DNA of 64,000 nucleotides from the NCBI GenBank assembly GCA_018362935.1, contig JAHALQ010000005.1:62490-126489 (forward strand), in the 5' to 3' direction. Position numbers and translations under genes: made by a program. This document shows positions 8,349-18,972 of the stretch, in pieces; position 1 is the first letter of the stretch, and every line of letters starts with the position of its first letter. The notes under the pieces are model-generated. The model was not told the DNA's origin and ran no database searches. It worked only from the letters and a program-made list of their open reading frames with translations. The DNA comes from Pseudomonadota bacterium. Lineage in GTDB: Bacteria > Pseudomonadota > Alphaproteobacteria > RF32 > CAG-239.

Positions 8349-9608
8349 ATGGAAGCCAAAACCGAAACCCGCACAATCCGAACCGATATAGCCGTCGCCG
8401 AATATCTGCGCAAGCTCGACGCGGCGGTCGGCGAATATGACGCGATTTATATCAACGTTTCCAAACTTGAAAGCAAAAACATCCGCGATTCCCACCGGCA
8501 GGAACTGGCCGACACTTTTGCAGCTTTCGTATCCAAAGCGATGGCGCGTTATTTTTGGTTCGCCAATGAAGACGTCATCGTCATTTACAACCGCCGCATC
8601 AAAGACGAAATTTTATCTTGCCTGGTCAAAATCCGTTTTATGTTTCACGACGACGAACTGCTCAAAAATTCCGACAATCTGGAAGCAATCGGCTTTGTCA
8701 AATTTTATAACATGGCCGATGACAAAAGAGAATTTTACCATCTTGTCAGCAAATTGAGCCACCAGCAAAACCCGGTCAAACTGCAGACAAAGAAGACCAA
8801 TCCCTTTGTTGTCAACACAATAGCTTCCTCTGCGCCCGCCAAACAGAAAAAACCGCTCACGCCGGACATTTTGGCGCGCGTTCAAAAAATACTGTCCGTC
8901 GCAGATTTTTCCAGCTTTATCCGCCGTCAGGCAATCTGCGCGGTCATCGGAAAATCGGCGCCGCTGCGTGTCTTTGAAGAAGTTTATGTGTCGATTCCAG
9001 ATTTGCGCGAAATGCTGCTTCCCGACATTGACCTGGTCGCCAATCCGTGGCTGTTTTTGTCGCTGAGCGAAACGCTGGACAAACGCGTTCTGGAAACGAT
9101 CGGACGCCATGACGACGGCTCGTTGATTGGAAATTTCAGCGTCAACATCAACGTATCGACGATTTTGTCAGATGAATTTCTGGCTTTCGACGAAAGTATC
9201 AGCGCTTCAATGCGCCCGAGCATCATTCTGGAGCTTCAGCTCGTAGATATTTTCAGCGACATCAAATCTTTTGTTCTGGCCAAAACTTTTGCCCAGGCGC
9301 GCGGATACAAAATCTGCATAGACGGCATCTCGGTTGACAAACTTAAATATCTTAATCGCGCCAATCTCAATTGCGATTTGATGAAGATTATCTGGCACCC
9401 GAGCTTTATGGACGTGATAAACGAAGACAAACATTTTATGGACTATGTTAACAAGGCAGAACGCGCCAAAATGATTCTCTGCCGGATTGACGACCCCTCC
9501 GCAATTGAAGTCGGCAACTCTCTGGGCATTAATCTTTATCAGGGTCGATATGTGCAAAGGCTCTTAAATGCCGTTGCGCCCAAAGTTCCTTTTACGCTTC
9601 GCAAGTAA
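8349..9608 (+). CDS. degenerate GGDEF-EAL protein, tandem paralog of 7067-8347
   Basis: Same architecture and colinear motifs (ANPWLFLSLSETLDK; ICIDGISVDKLKYLNR...KIIW; ILCRIDDPSAIEVGNSLGINLYQGRY); start lies 1 nt after the upstream stop. Confidence 0.55.
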   Translation: MEAKTETRTIRTDIAVAEYLRKLDAAVGEYDAIYINVSKLESKNIRDSHRQELADTFAAFVSKAMARYFWFANEDVIVIYNRRIKDEILSCLVKIRFMFHDDELLKNSDNLEAIGFVKFYNMADDKREFYHLVSKLSHQQNPVKLQTKKTNPFVVNTIASSAPAKQKKPLTPDILARVQKILSVADFSSFIRRQAICAVIGKSAPLRVFEEVYVSIPDLREMLLPDIDLVANPWLFLSLSETLDKRVLETIGRHDDGSLIGNFSVNINVSTILSDEFLAFDESISASMRPSIILELQLVDIFSDIKSFVLAKTFAQARGYKICIDGISVDKLKYLNRANLNCDLMKIIWHPSFMDVINEDKHFMDYVNKAERAKMILCRIDDPSAIEVGNSLGINLYQGRYVQRLLNAVAPKVPFTLRK

Positions 9609-9644
9609 ATCCCCTCTGCAAGCCCGTATTTTGTGCAATAAACA

Positions 9645-9673
9645 AAAGCTCCCGCCTGAACGGGAGCTTTCTT
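9645..9673. terminator. bidirectional intrinsic terminator
   Basis: AAAGCTCCCG-cctgaa-CGGGAGCTTT hairpin followed by CTT, between convergent genes. Confidence 0.45.
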
Positions 9674-9684
9674 AAGAATTACGG

Positions 9685-9867
9685 TTAATTTGCCTGCAGG
9701 CTTCTGCGTAACATTTCATCTTTTTTACGGAGCTTTTCTTTCTTGAGCTGCTCAATTCTAATCATATTTTTCCAGATGTGGCTTTCTTCCTCTCTGAGAG
9801 CGGCCTCAAGCTGCGCATGCTGGACTTTCAAACTTTCGATGGTAGCCTCAACTTCCGTATACACCAT
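9685..9867 (-). CDS. DUF465 (YdcH-like) coiled-coil protein
   Basis: 60 aa with a ...LKKEKLRKKDEMLRR motif typical of DUF465; AAGGAGA RBS. Confidence 0.55.
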   Translation of the reverse strand: MVYTEVEATIESLKVQHAQLEAALREEESHIWKNMIRIEQLKKEKLRKKDEMLRRSLQAN

Positions 9868-9954
9868 AATATATCTCCTTTTAAAAGGTGATTTATGCTA
9901 TATATTATAATCATACTTTTAATAAATTGCCACAAAAAAATACAGGAGTAACAA

Positions 9955-10344
9955 ATGTTTGATTTGGAATGGTATCAAAGCCTCGGCAAACCTGCCCTGA
10001 CTCCGCCGCCGGAAGCGTTTCAGACCGTATGGCCGGTGCTCTATATTCTGATGGCCGTATCTTTTTATTTTTATCTGAAACAAACGCCCAAAATACAACG
10101 GCCGCTTGGCATCATCTTTTTCTGCCTGCAATTATTCCTGAATTTTCTGTGGAGTCCCGTCTTTTTCGGCATGCAGCGCATTGGCAGCGCACTGTTGGTT
10201 TTATCGCTGCTGATTGTGACCGTCGCCTGTACGGTCTGGATATTCAACAAAACATCACGCCTTGCCGCCGGGCTGCTGTTACCGTATTTTGTCTGGATTC
10301 TTTTTGCCTGGTATCTCAATTTTGAAATCTGGCGGCTAAATTAA
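9955..10344 (+). CDS. tspO: TspO/MBR family tryptophan-rich sensory protein, N-terminally short
   Basis: WYxxLxKPxxxPP, W-rich transmembrane segments, C-terminal LNFEIWRLN; only 129 aa, a TAA 2 codons upstream rules out an extension, so TM1 is absent. Confidence 0.6.
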   Translation: MFDLEWYQSLGKPALTPPPEAFQTVWPVLYILMAVSFYFYLKQTPKIQRPLGIIFFCLQLFLNFLWSPVFFGMQRIGSALLVLSLLIVTVACTVWIFNKTSRLAAGLLLPYFVWILFAWYLNFEIWRLN

Positions 10345-10462
10345 AACCATAAAACAAAAAGCCGGATGGCGTGTGTATACAAAGTGTTTTGCAAGGCAAG
10401 AAAAATTTTAGCGTACAATAAAGACCGCGCAAAATTGCTCTGAATGAGCCGTTACACGCATT

Positions 10463-11602
10463 TTAATCTTTGCCGATATTAATATTACGGTTAATATTGA
10501 CGGAAAGGATAATGCCGAAAGCCGCCATAACCGAAAGGATAACAGTGCCGCCGTAGGATATTAACGGCAGGGGAACGCCGACAACCGGAATCAGGCCGAG
10601 CACCATCGCCATATTAATCATGACATAAAGAAAAAAGTTTGTCGCCAGGCCGACCGCCGCAAGTTTGCCGAAATAGCTGGTCGTACGCAAAGCGAAAGCA
10701 TAGCTGTAAGCCAGAATCAAAATATTGACAAGAACCACAAAAATAGCGCCAATCATGCCGAACTCTTCCGAAAGCATCGTAAAAATAAAATCGGTGTGCT
10801 TTTCCGGCAGAAAGTTAAGGTGGCTCTGCGTCCCCTTCAAAAAGCCTTTGCCGAATACGCCGCCCGACCCCAATGCGATTTTAGACTGGATAATGTGATA
10901 ACCGGCACCGAGCGGATCGCGCTCCGGATCCAAAAATGTCAGCACGCGGTTCTGCTGATAATCATGCAGCAGATTCCACGCAATCGGCAGAGAGATTATT
11001 CCGCCGAGCAAAACAATTCCGAATTTCCACAATTGCACGCCGACGGCAAAAAACATGGCGCCCGCCGTAAAGACCAGCATTAAGGCCGTTCCCAAATCCG
11101 GCTGTGTCATAACCAGCAGCGACGGAACCAATACCATCAGCAGCGGCACCATAATTCCGCGCATGGTTTCGATATTTTGCAGCGACGTGCCGTGGAAATA
11201 GCGCGCCAAAGCCAGAACCAAAGCAATTTTCATTAATTCCGACGGCTGCAGCTTTATAAAACCGAGGTTAATCCAGCGCTGCGCGCCCATACCGACATGG
11301 CCGCCGACTTCAACAATAATTAAAAGCAGCAATACCCCGAAATAAAAGACATAAGCATAACGCATAAAATACTTAACATCGACCAAGGCCAGCGTAATCA
11401 TGACAACCAGCCCGATGCCGAAACGCAGCAGCTGATTCAATGCCCAGGGATGCCAGCTGCCGTTCGCCGCCGAATACAGCATAGTTACGCCGACTGCGGC
11501 CAAAATAAAGATAAACATGATATAGGCAAAACTTAAACTCTGAATTTTTTCTTTCAGGGTCAAAGACTGGCTTTTAAAACTTGTTTCATAAAATTTATAC
11601 AT
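10463..11602 (-). CDS. mrdB: peptidoglycan glycosyltransferase RodA (SEDS family)
   Basis: FtsW/RodA/SpoVE family multi-pass membrane protein directly downstream of mrdA. Confidence 0.9.
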   Translation of the reverse strand: MYKFYETSFKSQSLTLKEKIQSLSFAYIMFIFILAAVGVTMLYSAANGSWHPWALNQLLRFGIGLVVMITLALVDVKYFMRYAYVFYFGVLLLLIIVEVGGHVGMGAQRWINLGFIKLQPSELMKIALVLALARYFHGTSLQNIETMRGIMVPLLMVLVPSLLVMTQPDLGTALMLVFTAGAMFFAVGVQLWKFGIVLLGGIISLPIAWNLLHDYQQNRVLTFLDPERDPLGAGYHIIQSKIALGSGGVFGKGFLKGTQSHLNFLPEKHTDFIFTMLSEEFGMIGAIFVVLVNILILAYSYAFALRTTSYFGKLAAVGLATNFFLYVMINMAMVLGLIPVVGVPLPLISYGGTVILSVMAAFGIILSVNINRNINIGKD

Positions 11603-11605
11603 TTG

Positions 11606-13341
11606 TTATTCCACCGGTTTTGGGCTGGCATCAAGCTTGAGAGCTTCCAGCAATAACTTTCCGCCGATCGGCGCCGCCACAGCCGAACCGCTGCGCCCGT
11701 GCTCGACCAGAACCGCAACGGCATAGCGCGGATTATTATGCGGCGCATATCCGACAAACAAAGCATGGTTGCGATATTTCCACGGCAGATCCTCCTGCCG
11801 GATAATTCCGGTCTGGCGCTCTTTCATGCTGATGCGCCGAACCTGGGTCGTTCCGGTCTTGCCCGCCATTTTAAGGCCGTTAAAATCAAATCTCGACCCC
11901 AGAGCCGTTCCGCCCGGAATATTAACCACGTCAAACATGCCCTGCTTGACAAGGGAAATATTGCCCGAACTGATATTCATCTTCTCAAGTTTAGACTTTT
12001 CGCTGACTTTGCTGAACGTCGGAACCACCGCATAGCCGCCGTTGGCAATTCGCGCCGTCATCGTTGCCAATTGTATCGGCGTCGTCAGTATATACCCCTG
12101 CCCGATGCCGGAAATCAAAGATTCGCCGAGTTGCCACGGTTCCCCGAAACGGCGGCGTTTCCAATCCGTATCGGGAATCAAGCCTTCTTTTTCATTTTCC
12201 AGACCGACGTTGATTTTCTGCCCGAGACCAAAACGCCGCGCCATCTCGGCAATTTTGTTGATTCCCACTTTCTGCGCCGTTTCATAAAAGAAAATATCGC
12301 ATGAATGTTGCAAAGCCTGAACAACGTCCAGATAACCATGCCCTTCTTTTTTCCAGCAGTGAAAAGCATGATCGCCCAAAAACATTTTTCCCGCGCAAAA
12401 AGAACGCGTCTGCGGCGTAATCGCTCCGCTTTCCAACGCGGCCAAAGCCACGACCATTTTGAATGTCGAACCCGGCGAATACTGCCCGGCGAGCACTTTG
12501 TTCATCATCGGCTTATGCTCGTTTTGATTAAGTTCTGCCCACTCTTTGGCACTGACACCCTGCGTAATCATATTGGGGTCATAAGCCGGCGTCGACGCAA
12601 ACACCAATATCTCGCCGCTGTATATGTCAACCATGACCGCGGCGCCGGTTTCTTCGCCAAACAGCTCATAGGCTTTGCTTTGCAGGCGCGCATCAATGCT
12701 CAGTTCTATCTTTTCGCCCGGCACGCCGTCAACCCGTTCTATTTCTTTCATAACGCGGCCGAAAGCATTAACTTCAAGCTTGAGGTTGCCGCCTTTGCCG
12801 CGCAGCTTCTTTTCATAGAGCTTTTCAATGCCGGCCTTGCCGATTTTGAATCCGGGAACTTCCAGCAGCGGATCGTCCTTGACCTTGACATCCTGCTCCG
12901 ACACCGAAGAAACATAGCCGATGACATGCGCCATTTTTTCACCGTAAGGATAATACCTTGTCAATCCTTCATCGATGATAATCCCCGGCAAATCCGGCGC
13001 ATTAAGCTGAATTTGCGCGACTTCGTCCCAATTCAGATTGTCTTTGATTTTTATCGGAACAAAGCTCCGATTCTTTTTCAAATCTTTTTTTATTTTTTCC
13101 TCTTCGGCTTCCGACAAGGGCATAATCCGCTTAAAGGCATCCAGCGTTTCCTGCACGTTGGTCGTCTGTTCGGCCACAATCATTGCTTGGAAATTCTGAC
13201 GGTTGGTTGCCAGCATCTCGCCGTATATACCTGCAGATAATATAAGCGGGCAATAATGATAATCAGCAGCACAATCTGCCCCGCCGCCAACACCAGCGAC
13301 CGACCGATCAGAACTTTTCCCTTATCATTATCCCGGTTCAT
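11606..13341 (-). CDS. mrdA: penicillin-binding protein 2 (MrdA) with an apparent 1-nt frameshift after the N-terminal membrane anchor
   Basis: Transpeptidase motifs (STFK, SxN, KTGT) lie in the frame of the track ORF 11606-13216; the anchor (MNRDNDKGKVLIGRSLVLAAGQIVLLIIIIARLYYLQVYT, ATG at 13341 overlapping the mreD stop) is in the +1 frame and stops after ..WQPTVRISKQ; the junction is around 13219-13228. Confidence 0.8.
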
Positions 13342-13859
13342 TATTCTTCATCCTGTATCAGCGTATTTTGCACAAAAGCCAGCAGCAGTGAAACCAGCGG
13401 ATAGCAAAATACAGTTATCAGATAGCTGAAAAACAGCACGCCGAGCGGCAAAAAGCGGCTGTAATAAACCGACACCACCAACCAGCGCAGCAAAATCGTT
13501 CCCAAAGACAGGGCGACAAAGCCGTACCACAAAACCACGAAAGGTTTTGCCGTCAGAAATTTTGACGCGGCATTGGTCAGAACATACAAAACCAGCATGG
13601 CAAAAATACTTGAACCCATCGGCGCGGCGCTGATAACATCATCAACCAGCCCCAGGCAGCAAATAGACCATAAATTAAACAAATCCGGACGGTGCACCAG
13701 CCAAAAATAGCCGCAAATCAATCCGATAGCCGGATGAATGGTGTTAAGAAACAAAAAATTCAGCGGCAGATAAGACAGCAAAACCAGAAAAACCGAAGAC
13801 AACAGCGGCAGCAAACGCTGAAACAGGGAATTGATGTTTTCATCCAAATCATCACTCAT
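13341..13859 (-). CDS. mreD: rod shape-determining protein MreD
   Basis: Small polytopic membrane protein in the mreBCD-mrdAB cluster; overlaps mreC by 8 nt. Confidence 0.8.
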   Translation of the reverse strand: MSDDLDENINSLFQRLLPLLSSVFLVLLSYLPLNFLFLNTIHPAIGLICGYFWLVHRPDLFNLWSICCLGLVDDVISAAPMGSSIFAMLVLYVLTNAASKFLTAKPFVVLWYGFVALSLGTILLRWLVVSVYYSRFLPLGVLFFSYLITVFCYPLVSLLLAFVQNTLIQDEE

Positions 13860-14730
13860 CGGTATCCCCGTTTTTAAGATTCAGCTGGCTGTCCCTGAGC
13901 AGCCCCTCAAGACCGTAATTGATTAGCTTGATGTACTCAAGCTGCTCCAGCGAGCTGAACGGTTTAACCGCAATTTCGTTTTTTCCGGCGCTGACAACTT
14001 TGCCGATGGGCAGCCCGGCCGGAAAAACGCCGGCCACGCCTGAAGTCACAATCCGGTCGCCGATATTAATCCCGGCATCCAGCGGCGTAAAAATCAGTTT
14101 TGGCAGCGACGTATTGTCGCCCGACAAAATTCCGCGTACCCGCGAACTTTCGACAATTACCGGAATTTTTGAGTTGATATCGGTTATCAGCAAAATCCGC
14201 GCATAGCTGTCGCCGGCGCGGTCAACCCGGCCGACTACCCCTTTGTCCGACATCGCCACTTGTCCCTTGCGCGCTCCTGCATCCCCGACATAGGCAATCA
14301 TCGAATGCGAAAAAGCGTCGCCTTCTTCGGCAATGACGCGGGCGGTAATAAAATCAGATTTCGGCGGCGTCACATAATTGAGCAAATCGGTCAACAGCCG
14401 GTTTTCGATTTCCAGAGATTTAAACTTGTCATACAAAAGGTTGAGTTTGCGGTTTTCTTCTTTCAGGCGTTGGTTGTCGGCATGAATTTCCTTCAAATCG
14501 CTGAAATAATCATAAGCATGTGCAATCAGCTTCGCCGGGATAACCAGCACGTCTATCACGGGGGAAACAACATCCGTCGCCACGTTGGAAGTTTTTTCTA
14601 TCAGCACGGTATCGGTTTTGTTCACCAACATCAAAGCAAACGCAGTCAAAAACAAAATTACCAGCGCAAATTTCTTGGCCAGTAATCTAATGTGGCTTAA
14701 ATGTAAAAATAAACTTCTGCGCCGTTTCAT
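13852..14730 (-). CDS. mreC: rod shape-determining protein MreC
   Basis: N-terminal transmembrane helix, coiled coil and beta domains; position between mreB and mreD. Confidence 0.85.
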   Translation of the reverse strand: MKRRRSLFLHLSHIRLLAKKFALVILFLTAFALMLVNKTDTVLIEKTSNVATDVVSPVIDVLVIPAKLIAHAYDYFSDLKEIHADNQRLKEENRKLNLLYDKFKSLEIENRLLTDLLNYVTPPKSDFITARVIAEEGDAFSHSMIAYVGDAGARKGQVAMSDKGVVGRVDRAGDSYARILLITDINSKIPVIVESSRVRGILSGDNTSLPKLIFTPLDAGINIGDRIVTSGVAGVFPAGLPIGKVVSAGKNEIAVKPFSSLEQLEYIKLINYGLEGLLRDSQLNLKNGDTDE

Positions 14731-14781
14731 AAATCAAAAACTTTCGTGATAATTCACTCCAAGAAGTTTGGCCGGCGTGTG

Positions 14782-14851
14782 TAAATAATAAGAATTAAGG
14801 GCGGCAACACCGGAGTTTACAAAGACGTAAATGAGGATGTTGCCGACCCGC
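14782..14851 (-). terminator. complex palindromic intrinsic terminator, member 3 of a three-copy family (downstream of mreB)
   Basis: GGGCGGCAACAccggag[TTTAC..GTAAA]tgaggaTGTTGCCGaCCCG; on the minus strand it is followed by TTAATTCTTATTATTTA; homologous to 22681-22747 and 44333-44402 with compensatory stem changes. Confidence 0.5.
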
Positions 14852-14889
14852 AAATTCTGTATTAGTTACCAGCCGGACAAGCTTCTCGA

Positions 14890-15945
<1,056 letters not shown>

Positions 15946-16021
15946 TTAAATAAATTGTTGTTGCTTAATTTTTATAACGATATTCCGTTCTGTGCAAGCG
16001 CTATTTGTTTTTTTAACAAAT

Positions 16022-16056
16022 AAATAAGGGGGCAAAAGCCCCCTTTTATATTTTTC
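16022..16056 (-). terminator. intrinsic terminator (GGGGGC-aaaa-GCCCCC)
   Basis: Perfect 6-bp GC stem flanked by A/T tracts on both sides; lies downstream of the GNAT gene. Confidence 0.45.
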
Positions 16057-16067
16057 CCGGCCGGCCG

Positions 16068-16913
16068 TCAGCGGCGCGCGCCGGTTTGGTATGAGCGCAG
16101 CATAAAAGCAGGACTGATTTGCGGACCTTTCTGCTCAATATTGTCTTGTTTCCAGCGTTTTATCCAGGTTCCCATCCGGCCTTTGTTTTCAATCCAGTTG
16201 CCGTAACCGCGGTGGCTGCCGTGAAATCCCTTGGCCAAATCGTTTTTGTCATTGGTATTAATGGCGCCGGTACACAGGGCATACTGGTTTTCCACGCCGA
16301 AATTCTGCACGTAATAACCGTCCAGAGCCTCCGCAAAAAGTTTGCCCAGACCTTTGCCCTGTAACGCTGCCGAAACGGCAATCGTATCGTTGTAAATCAG
16401 TTTGTCCTTAATCGGAATACCCTCTTCCTGCATTTCCCGGGCTTCCCGCGAACCGGCTTCAATCAGCTGAAAAGTGGCAAAACCAACCGGCTTGTTGGTG
16501 GCAATTTCTTCCAAAACAAAAATATCGCTTTTTTGAGCATAGGCTTCATAAGATTGGGGCGTTCCGTCAAAATAAATCGGAAAGTTGTTTTCATATCGGC
16601 CGTATTTGTTATACACCGACATAAACTCGGCCGGATCAAAATCCTGCTCGAAAAAAAGGTTGTCGGCAGCAGGCTTGCCCGAAACCGGGGCTGTATGCTC
16701 CTTGTCATAAATACCGCGGGGCGTAAAAGCGCTGCTCTTGACAATGCGGTAGCCTTTAGCCGCCAGCAGTTCCAAAGATTTATCCACTCCCTCGAAACCC
16801 TGAGCGGCAAGAACTTCTTTGCGCTCCGGCAGCATGACGCCGTCCCAGTACGGCAGTTCCCGCTCTGCGTCGATCCCGTAGCGGGCTTCCATTTTGTCTT
16901 TCCAGTTTGCCAT
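16068..16913 (-). CDS. GNAT-family N-acetyltransferase domain protein with an N-terminal extension of unknown function
   Basis: Acetyl-CoA-binding motif IAVSAALQGKGLGKLFAE; start moved to MANWKD because GGAGG lies 6 nt upstream. Confidence 0.55.
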   Translation of the reverse strand: MANWKDKMEARYGIDAERELPYWDGVMLPERKEVLAAQGFEGVDKSLELLAAKGYRIVKSSAFTPRGIYDKEHTAPVSGKPAADNLFFEQDFDPAEFMSVYNKYGRYENNFPIYFDGTPQSYEAYAQKSDIFVLEEIATNKPVGFATFQLIEAGSREAREMQEEGIPIKDKLIYNDTIAVSAALQGKGLGKLFAEALDGYYVQNFGVENQYALCTGAINTNDKNDLAKGFHGSHRGYGNWIENKGRMGTWIKRWKQDNIEQKGPQISPAFMLRSYQTGARR

Positions 16914-16975
16914 TTCAGCCTCCATGTAAAATTATAGAAGCTAATTTACACCTTATTCAATTTTTTGTCAATATT

Positions 16976-17881
16976 TTAGAAAAAACATTTATCCAGGGTT
17001 ATTTCGGCAGACAGTTTGTTGCGAAACCACGTGCGCTGGCGTTTGGCATATTGGCGGGTATGCAGTTTCGCCAAATCAACGGCTTCTGCCAAAGTCAGTT
17101 GCCCTGACAGATACGCCGCCAGTTCCGGCACGCCGAGCATCTTCATTGCCGGCAGATTTTTGTCCAAATTAAGCGACAGCAAATAACGGACTTCATCCAA
17201 GGCGCCGGCTTTCATCATCAAATCAAAACGGCGGTAGCAGCGTTCGTCAAGCTCTTTGGTATCGGGTATGATTTTAATGACATAAAAATCTGCTTCGGAA
17301 AGTTTTTGAAGCATCGGCTTTTGATACCAATCGGCAATGGAAATTCCGGTTTGCAAAAAAATTTCATATGCGCGGCGAACACGCGTCGTGTCATTAGGAT
17401 TAAGCTTTGCCGCTCCGGCAGGATCATCCTTTTGCAGCAAGCCGAAAAGCCCCTCCTGCCCCAGTTCCGCCGCCAGCCGACGAACCTGCTCGCGGATTTC
17501 CGGCTTTGGTTCGGGTATCGGCGTCGTGCCGTTGACCAGATTATCAATATACATTCCGGTTCCGCCGACAACAACCGGCAAATTGCCGCGGTTCCAGACG
17601 TCGCGGACAGCCGCAACGGCGCGCGCCAGCCAGTCAACCACCGTTCCGTTGACGGAAGGATGGTAAATTTCATAAAGATGATGTGGAATTTCGGCGCGCT
17701 CGGCAGCCGAAGGCACGGCAGAAAGCACCGGTGTTCCCTGATAAACCTGCATTGAATCAGCGTTGATAATTTCGCCGTTATACCGCCGCGCAATATCCAA
17801 AGACAGACCGGATTTACCCGATGCCGTCGGCCCGGCAATCACAATCACGGTATTAGGTTTGATATTGTCCAGTTCAAGCAT
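16976..17881 (-). CDS. miaA: tRNA dimethylallyltransferase MiaA
   Basis: P-loop GPTASGKS plus a DSMQVY motif. Confidence 0.9.
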   Translation of the reverse strand: MLELDNIKPNTVIVIAGPTASGKSGLSLDIARRYNGEIINADSMQVYQGTPVLSAVPSAAERAEIPHHLYEIYHPSVNGTVVDWLARAVAAVRDVWNRGNLPVVVGGTGMYIDNLVNGTTPIPEPKPEIREQVRRLAAELGQEGLFGLLQKDDPAGAAKLNPNDTTRVRRAYEIFLQTGISIADWYQKPMLQKLSEADFYVIKIIPDTKELDERCYRRFDLMMKAGALDEVRYLLSLNLDKNLPAMKMLGVPELAAYLSGQLTLAEAVDLAKLHTRQYAKRQRTWFRNKLSAEITLDKCFF

Positions 17882-17960
17882 CTGTTTTACTCATACTTTC
17901 CTTTGAAAGCTTGGATAGTGGAATTGATAGAGTGATTTCACCATTCCTCCTGCCCACAAA

Positions 17961-18878
17961 TTAAATCTTTCTGCAAGAGGCATTTTCAACAAGTTTCGCA
18001 CACAGCTCCTCATACGATATGCCGGCATACTTCGCCTGTTCGGGCACCAGCGAAAGCGCTGTCATTCCTGGATTGGTGTTGATTTCGAGAAGCACGACGC
18101 CGTCTTCGGGATTGTAGCGCAGATCAACGCGCGAAACTGTGTTGCAGCCAAGGCGCTGGTGCAGTTTCTCGGCATAGGCCTTGCAGATTTCCGAAACTTC
18201 ATAAGGAACTTCAGCCGGCAGAATATGCTGGGTAACGCCGTCGGTATACTTGGCTTTATAGTCGTAAAACTCGTCAGAAGCTTTAAGTTCGGTCACAACA
18301 TAGGCCTTGTCTTCCAGACACATCACGGTCAGTTCCTGCCCGGGAATATATTTTTCTACCAAAATTTCACGGTCAAGATCTTTGTATTTAACCTTGAGCA
18401 AATCTTCCTGGTTATTGACAATAAACACGCCGACGCTCGAACCGTCGCAAACCGGCTTGACCACAAACGGCATAGATATAACCGTTCCGTTTTCAAAGAA
18501 GTTGCGCGCTTTCATTTTCTGGCTCGGCGCCACGCGGATACCGCAGCTTTTGGCAACCATTTTGGTAATATACTTGTCCATGCCGATGGCCGAAGCTTTC
18601 AGCCCCGAATGCGTATAAGGTATTTGCATCAAATCGAGCATGCCCTGAATTTCGCCGTCTTCGCCCCAGTTGCCGTAAAGCCCGTTAAACACGACATCAG
18701 GCTTTTCTTTTTTAAGAACGTCAATCAGTTTCCACACATCGGTAAAATCATGCGCGACGACATGATAGCCTTTGGACTCCAAAGCGTTGCAGATATCCTG
18801 CCCCGAACTCAGGCTGACCTCTCTTTCGGCCGACAATCCTCCCATCAAAACCAAAACTTTTTTAGACATTTCAGACAT
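17961..18878 (-). CDS. ddl: D-alanine--D-alanine ligase
   Basis: ATP-grasp fold with the N-terminal VLMGGxSxERxVSL motif. Confidence 0.9.
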   Translation of the reverse strand: MSEMSKKVLVLMGGLSAEREVSLSSGQDICNALESKGYHVVAHDFTDVWKLIDVLKKEKPDVVFNGLYGNWGEDGEIQGMLDLMQIPYTHSGLKASAIGMDKYITKMVAKSCGIRVAPSQKMKARNFFENGTVISMPFVVKPVCDGSSVGVFIVNNQEDLLKVKYKDLDREILVEKYIPGQELTVMCLEDKAYVVTELKASDEFYDYKAKYTDGVTQHILPAEVPYEVSEICKAYAEKLHQRLGCNTVSRVDLRYNPEDGVVLLEINTNPGMTALSLVPEQAKYAGISYEELCAKLVENASCRKI

Positions 18879-18972
18879 TATTTTAATCCTTTAAATTATA
18901 AATTTTTATGCTATGGTATGCAAAATTGCCCATAGTATATGTCAAAAGTTTTAAAGAAAGAATAAAAAAATT

